A model generated the notes under the pieces. The model saw nothing but the letters and a program-made list of their open reading frames with translations, was not told the DNA's origin and did no database searches. Made by a program: the position numbers and the translations under genes. From positions 1 through 35,713 of the IMG/VR virus record IMGVR_UViG_3300037311_000287: a stretch of 35,713 nt of DNA, one strand, 5' to 3'. The stretch is from a virus. Lineage: Duplodnaviria; Caudoviricetes. This document shows, one piece after another, positions 1 through 7,891 of the stretch; within the stretch, counting starts at the first letter, position 1, and each line of letters begins with the position of its first letter.

Positions 1-318
1 TTTCCAGAGCGCATTGATGCTGAAGAAGCCCCTGCGTTCGTTGGCCTCGTCCACCACATCATCGTGTACCAGGGTGGCCGTATGCAACAGTTCTACGATG
101 GCAGCCGCATGATGTGAAGAATGATTAGAGGAACCCAGCGTGCGCGCACAGAGAAACACGAACATAGGCCTTACCTGTTTCCCTTTGCTTTTTACGATGT
201 AGTAGGTGATTCTGTCCAGCAAGGGTACCTGGGAGCGCATGGCATCGCGAAAGTGATCCTCAAACTTCTGAAGTTCCTCCTGGATGGGTAGCTTGATCAA
301 ATGAAGCGGATCGGCCAT
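1..318 (-). CDS. ispB: Polyprenyl (octaprenyl-type) diphosphate synthase, 5' part; runs off the window start
   Basis: Manual translation from ATG at 318: MADPLHLIKLPIQEEL...GKQVRP...VELLHTATLVHDDVVDEANERRG. It has the GKxxRP and first DDxxD..RRG motifs of trans-prenyltransferases. Absent from the ORF track because it is truncated. Confidence 0.9.
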   Translation of the reverse strand, partial: MADPLHLIKLPIQEELQKFEDHFRDAMRSQVPLLDRITYYIVKSKGKQVRPMFVFLCARTLGSSNHSSHHAAAIVELLHTATLVHDDVVDEANERRGFFSINALWK

Positions 319-494
319 AGTACTGTTTGACTCCGGGCCGCAAGTTACAAAAGCTATGGGCGGTAAGCGTGTTAACCTTTCAAGTTCCGGGGCAGGGGAT
401 AAAAAGAAAGCCGCTATGGGAGGCCTTGCAGGGGAAAACCAGCTTCAAATGCGCAGAGACTTAGTACTTTCGTGCCAATTCGGAATCCGATTGT

Positions 495-1457
495 GTGATT
501 ACTCTTTTTCGTACCAACAATCTTGCAGTCAACTTGTTGCTGCTCTTCCTGGGGGCTTTGTTTCACCTGCTTCCTTTATGGGCGTCTCCGGACTGGACCA
601 GCAACACTCCCTATGACCTGTTTTCCATACCTCTTCCGGTATGGGCACTGCATGGTATAACCCTGTTGACAGCGGTATTGGCGGCAGCCATCCTCAATGG
701 CATTGTAGTGGCCTGGGAGTTAGCAAGTCCGGTACACCAGTTGCCGGGCTTGGTCTTTGTGATCCTGGCCAGTGCGCATCCTGAATTTTTGGTGGCCAGC
801 TACAAGCTGATAGCCATCTTGCTGCTGTTGTTGATGTACACCCAGTTGTTCCGGGCCTACAAACTTCGTATTGCCAGTTCATTGTTGGTGAATGCAGCCT
901 TTTGGGGAGCTTTGATGAGTTTGTGGACCTGGCCCGGGTGGCTGGCATTGCCCATGTTGTTTCAGGGCATGCTGGTGCTGCGCGGATTGACTCTGCGGGA
1001 GGTCATACAGGTAAGTTTGTCCTGGTTAGCAGTTTATGTGCTTGCATTCACCTGGATGTACTGGCAGGAGCAAACCGACCTCATAGGACCCTATTATTAC
1101 CGGGCTATGGGCATCTGGGATATTCCATGGTCCTGGGACCGTTCCGTTTGGGTAGTGTTAGGCGTTTTCATGTTGCTCATTGGAATAATCGTGCTACAGT
1201 CGCATGTGCTGTTGCGCGGCAAGGTGCAGGTGGCTCGTGCTGCCGTAGTTTTGTTGTTATGGACCATGCTGTGGGCGCCATTGGCCTTTTTGTTTGCTAA
1301 TGAATTGAGTCTGGATTACTTGTTGATGTTGGTGCCCGGTCTGAGTATGGGTATAGGTTTATTACTGGGAGAGGCCAGCCCCCGCTGGTCCAATTTATAC
1401 CTGTGGCTCCTGGTATTTTTTGTGTTGGGTGTACAGGCCGCTTACTACTTCCTTTAG
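495..1457 (+). CDS. Polytopic inner-membrane protein (resembles Bacteroidota DUF6427-type proteins)
   Basis: 320-aa ORF with about 10 hydrophobic segments, divergent from the prenyltransferase gene; family name recalled, not searched. Confidence 0.75.
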   Translation: MITLFRTNNLAVNLLLLFLGALFHLLPLWASPDWTSNTPYDLFSIPLPVWALHGITLLTAVLAAAILNGIVVAWELASPVHQLPGLVFVILASAHPEFLVASYKLIAILLLLLMYTQLFRAYKLRIASSLLVNAAFWGALMSLWTWPGWLALPMLFQGMLVLRGLTLREVIQVSLSWLAVYVLAFTWMYWQEQTDLIGPYYYRAMGIWDIPWSWDRSVWVVLGVFMLLIGIIVLQSHVLLRGKVQVARAAVVLLLWTMLWAPLAFLFANELSLDYLLMLVPGLSMGIGLLLGEASPRWSNLYLWLLVFFVLGVQAAYYFL

Positions 1458-1464
1458 GTCCATG

Positions 1465-1492
1465 AAAAAAGCCCCTGCTGTTGGCAGAGGCT
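1465..1492 (-). terminator. Intrinsic terminator (minus strand; may also serve 495..1457)
   Basis: aaaaaa-gcccctgc-tgttg-gcagaggc: GC stem followed by a U-run on the minus strand. Confidence 0.7.
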
Positions 1493-1776
1493 CATCTCGA
1501 GAAATCAATTGGTCGATTGGGGCTTAAGGATACATAAAGTTGAGGAATGAGTGTATGGCGTGTAAACGTGTAACGTGTTTCTAAAACCAAAACAAGTTTT
1601 TCTTTTTTAGCTGGTATAAAACTACGTTGCTGCAATGCACCGCACAACGCCATCGAACTATATGATAAATTAAATTTTTGCAGTTTATTTTTCTAATTTA
1701 TTTATTATCAGAGTTTTGTATCTATTTTGACACATTGGTTTCAGAGGTATTTTTCTTCAGACGCATACTTGCATCT

Positions 1777-1880
1777 CTGTTGCGTGTTGGCGAATGCGCG
1801 GGAGAACCGCCACTCCTCGGTGCGGGCACCTTGCGGGTGTTGGTAGGCGGTACGGACTTTCCCGGGCGGGGGAATCACAG
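1777..1880. ncRNA. Candidate structured non-coding RNA, family unknown
   Basis: GC-rich island with nested complementarity: cgggaga(1799-1805)/tttcccg(1858-1864), accgcc(1806-1811)/ggcggt(1846-1851), and an inner gcacc/ggtgt hairpin (GCAA tetraloop on the minus strand). Confidence 0.35.
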
Positions 1881-1886
1881 ATCCAG

Positions 1887-1914
1887 AAAAAAAGCCCCTG
1901 CGGGATGCAGGAGC
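1887..1914 (-). terminator. Intrinsic terminator, similar in sequence to the one at 1465
   Basis: aaaaaaa-gcccctgc-gggat-gcaggagc; shares aaaaaagcccctgc with 1465-1478. Confidence 0.7.
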
Positions 1915-2575
1915 CTTCTGAATATTGGTCTGCTTAGCTTTTGTAGAAGAGGGGACTAAGCACTTTGAATGGGGTTCATTGGGTTGTGGTATTCAAAAAA
2001 ATAGTTTCCGAATTCTGTTGATAAATCTGGTGCGGGGGTCAGGGCCATTTCATAAGTTCATTTCTCAAAAAACCATCCTTAACACTAGTTCATGCTTTTC
2101 CATACCTGTGTGGAGAACAGGGAGTTTCATCCAACCGGAAACCATAAAGGCCCAGGCTGATGGGGAGACGTTTTTGCGGTCATATCCAGAAGAGCTTCGG
2201 GCTGTTTAGGCCCTGATTTCTGCCTGGAGCAGGACTAACTGAAGTTGTACAGGAATCAGCCATGTAAGAGGAAACCAAGGGCAACACCCTTGAAGAGTCT
2301 CCACGAGAGGAATGCACAATGCTTAAAGGCACTGTATTTGGCTTTTGACGATAGAGCGATGGAGGTTTTGCCTGCGCAATAAGTTTTCACTGGTTTTGGG
2401 GGAGGTTGTAGGACTGATCCTCCATACGGGTGCAAGATAAGGCAGCGTGTACCCTACGGAAAAGTCACTTTTGCAGCTGTGGCAAAAGCAGGTTGGCAGT
2501 TTACGTTCTTTAAGTTACTGATAAACAGTTGATTAGAAGTATTTTTATCAGAAATGAGGCTGCGTGTAAATAGCC

Positions 2576-2609
2576 AAAAAAATCCCCAACTGGTCAGATC
2601 AGCCGGGGA
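2576..2609 (-). terminator. Intrinsic terminator
   Basis: Minus strand reads tccccggctg...cagttgggga-ttttttt. Confidence 0.7.
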
Positions 2610-2848
2610 GGAATCTACCGTGGCTTGCCATCTTTGCAAACCATGTTGTTTTGGGGTTATTCACTGAACTAAAGGTAATTCCTCTCAGTGCCTGAACCGT
2701 TGTTACGCTGCAATATGATAAATCGAATATTTGAATAAAATTTTTTTAATTTATTGATTAATAGTAAATTATAAGAAAAATGGCATATCTTATAAAAGGG
2801 TGTTTTTCTCATAAGTACTTTATACAGCAGGCTTTTACCCTTCAGGTT

Positions 2849-2890
2849 CTCCACCCATGACCCAGGACCCCCTCCACCGCCTGATCCGCC
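2849..2890 (+). repeat. 42-bp direct repeat, copy 1 (start region of the 495-aa gene)
   Basis: ctccacccatgacccaggaccccctccaccgcctgatccgcc; 41/42 identical to 4400-4441. Confidence 0.95.
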
Positions 2891-4344
2891 ACCTCAACGA
2901 GGAGGAGCACCAGGGCGTGCTGCGATTCTTGCGCAGGCGTGGGGGGAATAAGCATGCGCCAGCGTTGTATAAAGCCATGCGCAAAGAACAGTACTGGGAG
3001 AAGGAACAGAATCTGGCTTACGCGAATACATTGGGATGGAGTACCCGTCACCTGGCGGTGGAGAAGAAAAACTTGTATGCACGTTTGCTGAAATACCTGC
3101 GCCGCAGGGGAGACACGGAGTATGCCATCCAGGGCATTTATGAATCGTTGCACCATTTTTATTTGCTGCGGGACCGGGGGCTTTCCACCCTGGCGCTGAA
3201 ATCCCTGCATAAAGCCAGGGACCTTGCACACAGGTCAGACCACCTGGAACTGTTGGCGTTTATATTGTACCAGGAATGCCTGATGCTGCGGCAGTCAGAG
3301 GCACTCGATGCCCATGCATTAGAAACCGCTGCTGCGGAGTACGCCACCGTCACCCAGGCACTGGCCATCAACTTTGATCTCCTGCGCGGCTTCAACCGGT
3401 ATTTTTCAGATGCGAATAAAAACAATCCTGATCCAAAGGACCCGGGTCTGCTGGCTATGATAGATCGCTATTCTGAATCCATTGCTTTAAGCCCAAGATT
3501 GGAGTACGACCGATTGGTATTTTTTTATCGTTTGTGGACCAGGTATCGAAATCTTGTACCCTTTGACATCTTATCTACAGATGCCTTTTATACGAACAAT
3601 GAAATGAACTTTCCGGAATTTAGGTACCTGAAGTTTATAGAATACATAGGGTTTGTTGAGCGATATGTGATGCTCAATCAGCGAAATAGGGGGTTCGAAC
3701 TTCTTAAAATTTTAGAACAACAAAATAGGGAAAAACAGTTCCCGCCAATTATTTATTTACCGTTTTTCAATGCAAGATTTTTTTATTTTCTAAATAGTAA
3801 ATCTAAAGAACAGATAGCAGGGTTAATTACAGGATGGGTTGGTGAATTATTGGCGCAGGTAAACGAAATTGAAAAAGTTATTATTTGTTACCAAAATTTT
3901 GCCACTTATTATCTTTTGTGTCATGAGTGGACAAGAGCATTGCGTTGGGTAGATGATGTTTTTTTTCTTCTTCCTTCAGGTAATTTTCATAGTATCAAAT
4001 TTGTTTTAAAAAACTATTTTTACAAATTTCTGCTTTTGTTTGAATTGAACGAAAAAATTAAATTAAAAAGATATTCCAGGCAGGTAGAGAAGGAGGTGCT
4101 TGCGTTGTGTTGCAATGAGGCTCCTGAAATTTTAAAGTTGTATCGATTAATTTGTAAGCTTGAAATTGGTTCGAATACTAAAAACATCCAGATATGTTCT
4201 GAGATAGTTGACTTGTATCGCTACAACAATAACCTGAATACCACCTTTATAAAATTAGCCGAAATCTACATCTGGGCCTCCGCCAAGGTGCATTGCCGGG
4301 ATACGTATGAGGAGTATTACCGGTTAAGGGATGAACCAGATTAA
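2857..4344 (+). CDS. Hypothetical helical (TPR-like) protein of a paralogous host family
   Basis: 495-aa ORF with amphipathic helical patterning; the N-terminus (LHRLIRHLNEEE) resembles ~500-aa Bacteroidota hypothetical proteins. Function unknown. Confidence 0.75.
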   Translation: MTQDPLHRLIRHLNEEEHQGVLRFLRRRGGNKHAPALYKAMRKEQYWEKEQNLAYANTLGWSTRHLAVEKKNLYARLLKYLRRRGDTEYAIQGIYESLHHFYLLRDRGLSTLALKSLHKARDLAHRSDHLELLAFILYQECLMLRQSEALDAHALETAAAEYATVTQALAINFDLLRGFNRYFSDANKNNPDPKDPGLLAMIDRYSESIALSPRLEYDRLVFFYRLWTRYRNLVPFDILSTDAFYTNNEMNFPEFRYLKFIEYIGFVERYVMLNQRNRGFELLKILEQQNREKQFPPIIYLPFFNARFFYFLNSKSKEQIAGLITGWVGELLAQVNEIEKVIICYQNFATYYLLCHEWTRALRWVDDVFFLLPSGNFHSIKFVLKNYFYKFLLLFELNEKIKLKRYSRQVEKEVLALCCNEAPEILKLYRLICKLEIGSNTKNIQICSEIVDLYRYNNNLNTTFIKLAEIYIWASAKVHCRDTYEEYYRLRDEPD

Positions 4345-4399
4345 GCGATTGAATCCATTGTTTTTATAATTTTCTTAACCACCATATTTAAAACACCTA

Positions 4400-4441
4400 C
4401 TCCACCCATGACCCAGGACCCCCTCCACCGCCTGATTCGCC
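4400..4441 (+). repeat. 42-bp direct repeat, copy 2
   Basis: ctccacccatgacccaggaccccctccaccgcctgattcgcc; identity with copy 1 stops abruptly after 4441. Confidence 0.95.
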
Positions 4442-4446
4442 TATAA
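4408..4446 (+). pseudogene. 5' fragment of a tandem paralog of 2857..4344, interrupted by the prophage
   Basis: MTQDPLHRLIR is identical to the upstream gene's N-terminus, then reads L-stop in unrelated sequence. Confidence 0.75.
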
Positions 4447-4517
4447 TCCACAAATCCAAACGTCTAACCCTTTTAGGGTATTTCCGTCTGGTTGTTATGC
4501 ATTATTTAGACACTAAA

Positions 4518-4560
4518 AAGGACCAATTGTGAAAATAATCTTGTTTCACATTTGGTCTTT
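4518..4560. repeat. 17-bp imperfect inverted repeat near the prophage end (late-operon terminator and/or transposase sites)
   Basis: aaggaccaattgtgaaa-N9-tttcacatttggtcttt (15/17 match); T-run follows on the minus strand. Confidence 0.6.
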
Positions 4561-4603
4561 AATAATATGTATCTAACTGTAAATAGCTCGCTTTGGGTAA
4601 AAA

Positions 4604-7444
4604 CTATTGAGACACCCGATAATAAAACAGGTATTGTGTTGAAACTGCTGGAGCTTGCTCTGTAACTATAGTAAACCCTGTTGGTGAAGTAGCAACGTGG
4701 ATGTATGGCATCAATGCTGCCGCTGCTGCATTACCTGCTGTAAGTGTCACAAATGTGTTTGTACCTGAGGTGTAAGTAGTGGCAAATTGAAAGTCCAAAA
4801 GCTGACCGGCAGTCATGCCTGAACTTCCTGATGTTATTGACACCCTGCCGGCCACATCGTTACTACCCGACAATGTTGTGAGGCCAGAAGTTGCACCGCA
4901 GGCCGCACATCCAGTCAATGTTGGGCTTTGCCTGGATGAAATCCTTACCCATTTGACACCATCATGGTAATTCATCCCATTCACTGTATTATTGTACATT
5001 GTCAATCCCCCAACACCCGTAATGGCATTCACTTGTGTGTTAGTCATTCGCGGAGGCAAAAACCCTTTGGTCGTATGATCAATCTGTAATGCCGCTGCTG
5101 ACTCTTCAGCACCAGTTGCAACATTAATTTCAACTGTTCCGTTCATTACCCTCACTTTCGATGTTGTAGGGTTAAGGCGAAAATTAAAGTCGTTTGTCCC
5201 AGGCGTTAAATTACCATTCGTGTGAACCCATCTGAATTCTGTAGAAGCTGGATCAAGTCCAAGAGTTTGTCTTTTAAAACCACCTCCAGCACCTTGCAAG
5301 TCAATTGTGATAGTTCCATTCGTAGATGACGTAAACATGTCAAGAGATGTTCTCGAAGAAGCTGTAGTACTATTATAGTTGCCCAAAATCATGTTAACGG
5401 CATTGGGCGCTGATAATGCCCCTGTAAAAGCCGTGATGTATCTACCAGCCACAGTTGTAGTGCCGCCAACAAATATCCCTGATTCACCTTGTGTGCTTGC
5501 TCCAACGCCAATAACTCCTAATCCTACTGTACCACTGGTTCCGCTCACGGTTAATTTGTATGGAGCTGACCCAGTTCCAACACCAACATTACCAGCACTT
5601 GAAATTGTCATTGCACCACTGGGTGCATCCAATGAAATCTTCATTGGTTTCCTTTCAGTAGTCGTATTGTAGTTATATGTGCCGATATTCAAGTCAGTTC
5701 CATCATTAGAAAGCCTTGCGTCATAATTGACTCCAGCGCGAAAAAGCCGGAAGAGGGTTTCATTTGTACTATATGCTGTAAACCCTTGTAAATTCTGATT
5801 GGTTGCGTCGCCAATATTGATAGCCGTGTTTGGGGCAGGACGAAGGGTGCCAGTAAATTTTGAAATTACTTTATACCAGTTATCTACCAGGAGCGTATTT
5901 GCCATCGCATTGCCTATAATTTGTCTACCTGTCAAAGAGTAATGTGATAGATCGCTATAATAACCATTCAATGCAATATTTTGATAGTCACCAAACATTT
6001 TTCTAAGCGATGTAAAAGCAATGCCCATTCTACTGGCAATGCCATAAGCTGCTGTGTCTACCATTTCAGTGGTAAAACTAGGGCTTGCTTCATTTTGCGT
6101 GTCGCCGACCGAGAAAAGCCACAAGTCAGTGTCTGTATAGGCCTTTAAGCTGTCCAGGTACTGTTTGATTTTACCTGAATAATAGGTGATGTTGTTATTC
6201 GCTCCAGTGGCTCCAACATCATTCGTGCCCAAACTGATGCACGAAAAGTCTGGTTTTATGTCTCGAACAAATCGTTTAAAGTTGCCACTTGGTATAATAC
6301 TTGACCAGTTCTGAGTGCTGTACCCATTTATTCCAGCTCTGACAATAGATAACCCTGATTTCAAAGTATTCTCAAGAAAGATGCCACATAACCCTGATGC
6401 GGTACCGCTTTCATGGTGTACTCTGATGTATGCATCATTTGTTGGCCAAGAAGATAATGTAAATACAGGTGTATAAATTATTCGCAATCCAACGGAAGTA
6501 CTGTCAGTTGAAATTACTTGGTTGTATACTTCGGTGGTACCGTGTCCAACTCTTACCCTAATGGTGCCTCCGCCTGGTTGTGCATAAACATAGAGGCGCA
6601 GCCTATTAAAGTCTTTGCCTTGAACAGCATTTACCCCACTTGATAAATTAAGCCGTAAAGAATCACCTGAATTGTTAAAATTCCAGTAATAACCTACTAT
6701 TGAATTTGCTTGCTGGGTAAGGTTGCCTGGTGCGTTACCAACACTTTCAATCAGAGTGTGGCCACTATAGATGTCGCAAGTGGGGTAAAGTAAACCAAAT
6801 GGCTGGGTGTCGAAGTTTTGATTGACAACGTTTTCAGCTGACTCCGAGAAATTACCTTTTGCGGTGTTTGAATCCCCTATAAATAAACCAATCACTCTGG
6901 TTATGGTACCAGCTGTAATTTGATTGAGTTTTTTTGCTGTTTTAGAAAGGGTGTTTTCGTTGGTGGAAGATTGACTAATAGTTGCTTGACTTCCTGCAAT
7001 TATATTGGCCGGAGCCCATGTTGTACCATTCCAAATCAATCCCTGATTCAATGTCGCACCTCCTTGTGCTATTTTTGATCCAGTGACTGCGCCATTTTGA
7101 ATAGCTGATGTGGCCACTGAATTTGTGGCTAAATGCGTGCTGGTTATTCCAGCGCTGCTTACTGTTACTGGTGAACCAACTGTGCCTGTACCTTGAAGTG
7201 GTGCAGCTGTAATAATCGTGCCGCCACCTCCGCCTGGTCGATTGTCAACGTATGCCTTGATTGCCTTTTGAGTTACTAACTTTTGATCGGAGTTTGACGC
7301 CAAAGCTGTGTCTGCATCAATTTGAATGATTCTCCTTGCACCAAGTTGGAATGACTTCCTCAAAGTCATTCTATCAGCTTGGATTGTTTGGGCAAAAAGT
7401 TGTGATGAAATCAGTAGAAGAAGTAATGAAAAAAGATGTCTCAT
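4604..7444 (-). CDS. Fibre/spike-like protein with SGNH/GDSL esterase domain and N-terminal Sec signal peptide
   Basis: SGNH blocks FIGDSN, AGING, LGTND and SDLSH (DxxH); fibre-like motifs TQKAIKAYVD, GNVGVGT and KGFLPPRM; N-terminus MRHLFSLLLLLISSQLFA|Q. Confidence 0.8.
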   Translation of the reverse strand: MRHLFSLLLLLISSQLFAQTIQADRMTLRKSFQLGARRIIQIDADTALASNSDQKLVTQKAIKAYVDNRPGGGGGTIITAAPLQGTGTVGSPVTVSSAGITSTHLATNSVATSAIQNGAVTGSKIAQGGATLNQGLIWNGTTWAPANIIAGSQATISQSSTNENTLSKTAKKLNQITAGTITRVIGLFIGDSNTAKGNFSESAENVVNQNFDTQPFGLLYPTCDIYSGHTLIESVGNAPGNLTQQANSIVGYYWNFNNSGDSLRLNLSSGVNAVQGKDFNRLRLYVYAQPGGGTIRVRVGHGTTEVYNQVISTDSTSVGLRIIYTPVFTLSSWPTNDAYIRVHHESGTASGLCGIFLENTLKSGLSIVRAGINGYSTQNWSSIIPSGNFKRFVRDIKPDFSCISLGTNDVGATGANNNITYYSGKIKQYLDSLKAYTDTDLWLFSVGDTQNEASPSFTTEMVDTAAYGIASRMGIAFTSLRKMFGDYQNIALNGYYSDLSHYSLTGRQIIGNAMANTLLVDNWYKVISKFTGTLRPAPNTAINIGDATNQNLQGFTAYSTNETLFRLFRAGVNYDARLSNDGTDLNIGTYNYNTTTERKPMKISLDAPSGAMTISSAGNVGVGTGSAPYKLTVSGTSGTVGLGVIGVGASTQGESGIFVGGTTTVAGRYITAFTGALSAPNAVNMILGNYNSTTASSRTSLDMFTSSTNGTITIDLQGAGGGFKRQTLGLDPASTEFRWVHTNGNLTPGTNDFNFRLNPTTSKVRVMNGTVEINVATGAEESAAALQIDHTTKGFLPPRMTNTQVNAITGVGGLTMYNNTVNGMNYHDGVKWVRISSRQSPTLTGCAACGATSGLTTLSGSNDVAGRVSITSGSSGMTAGQLLDFQFATTYTSGTNTFVTLTAGNAAAAALMPYIHVATSPTGFTIVTEQAPAVSTQYLFYYRVSQ

Positions 7445-7890
7445 TGTATGTAGATAATTGCGGTTGCTGGGTTAGATGTTCTTATGATGTAATTCCTTGT
7501 GCCCTGTGCATAGATCATGGCACTGAGAGGCATCGGTATACCTGCCTCACACTCAACTTCCACTATATCAGCTGCATTGAGTGTATTTTCAATAAAAACG
7601 GACTGAGTTGTGGCTGAAATGATTACTATGTAGGTGATCAATTTGCCAGCAGCAAGAGATTGGTTGTTCTGGCCACTGACTAAGTTCACACTGTTTTTTT
7701 GGATTAAGCTGTCTACATATGCTTGAGCAACCTTTCCATCCAATGCAGCTTGCAAGCCAGCCACATTGTTAATGGCTATCCCGTCATTTTTGTGAACGAA
7801 TGAATCAATCCAATCCCAGAATTGGCCCTGAGTAGGTTTTTTACCGGTGCGAAACCAATCCTTTATCTGAGTGATACTTTGAATAGGCAT
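7441..7890 (-). CDS. Tail-fibre anchor/adaptor-like protein
   Basis: N-terminal WFRTGKKPTQGQFWDWIDSF motif recalled from Bacteroidota phage fibre N-termini; lies after the baseplate genes. Confidence 0.7.
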   Translation of the reverse strand: MPIQSITQIKDWFRTGKKPTQGQFWDWIDSFVHKNDGIAINNVAGLQAALDGKVAQAYVDSLIQKNSVNLVSGQNNQSLAAGKLITYIVIISATTQSVFIENTLNAADIVEVECEAGIPMPLSAMIYAQGTRNYIIRTSNPATAIIYIQ

Positions 7891-7891
7891 T

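Noticed and set aside
356-1300. ORFs 356..616, 694..948 and 902..1300
   Set aside because: Shadow frames overlapping the convincing membrane protein gene 495..1457; no recognisable motifs.
1789-1851. Calling the structured element an HDV-like or theta ribozyme
   Set aside because: The J4/2-like and L3-like strings are in the wrong order and no P1 plus P1.1 register could be built; kept only as an unassigned RNA candidate.
1678-2854. Track ORFs 1678..1959, 1925..2209, 2454..2639 and 2669..2854
   Set aside because: Mostly non-ATG starts, run through terminators or AT-rich promoter tracts, and lack protein-like motifs.
2849-4441. 42-bp repeats as attL/attR of an integrated element
   Set aside because: The repeat is exactly a gene start with a synonymous difference and no integrase lies between the copies; an interrupted tandem paralog explains it better.
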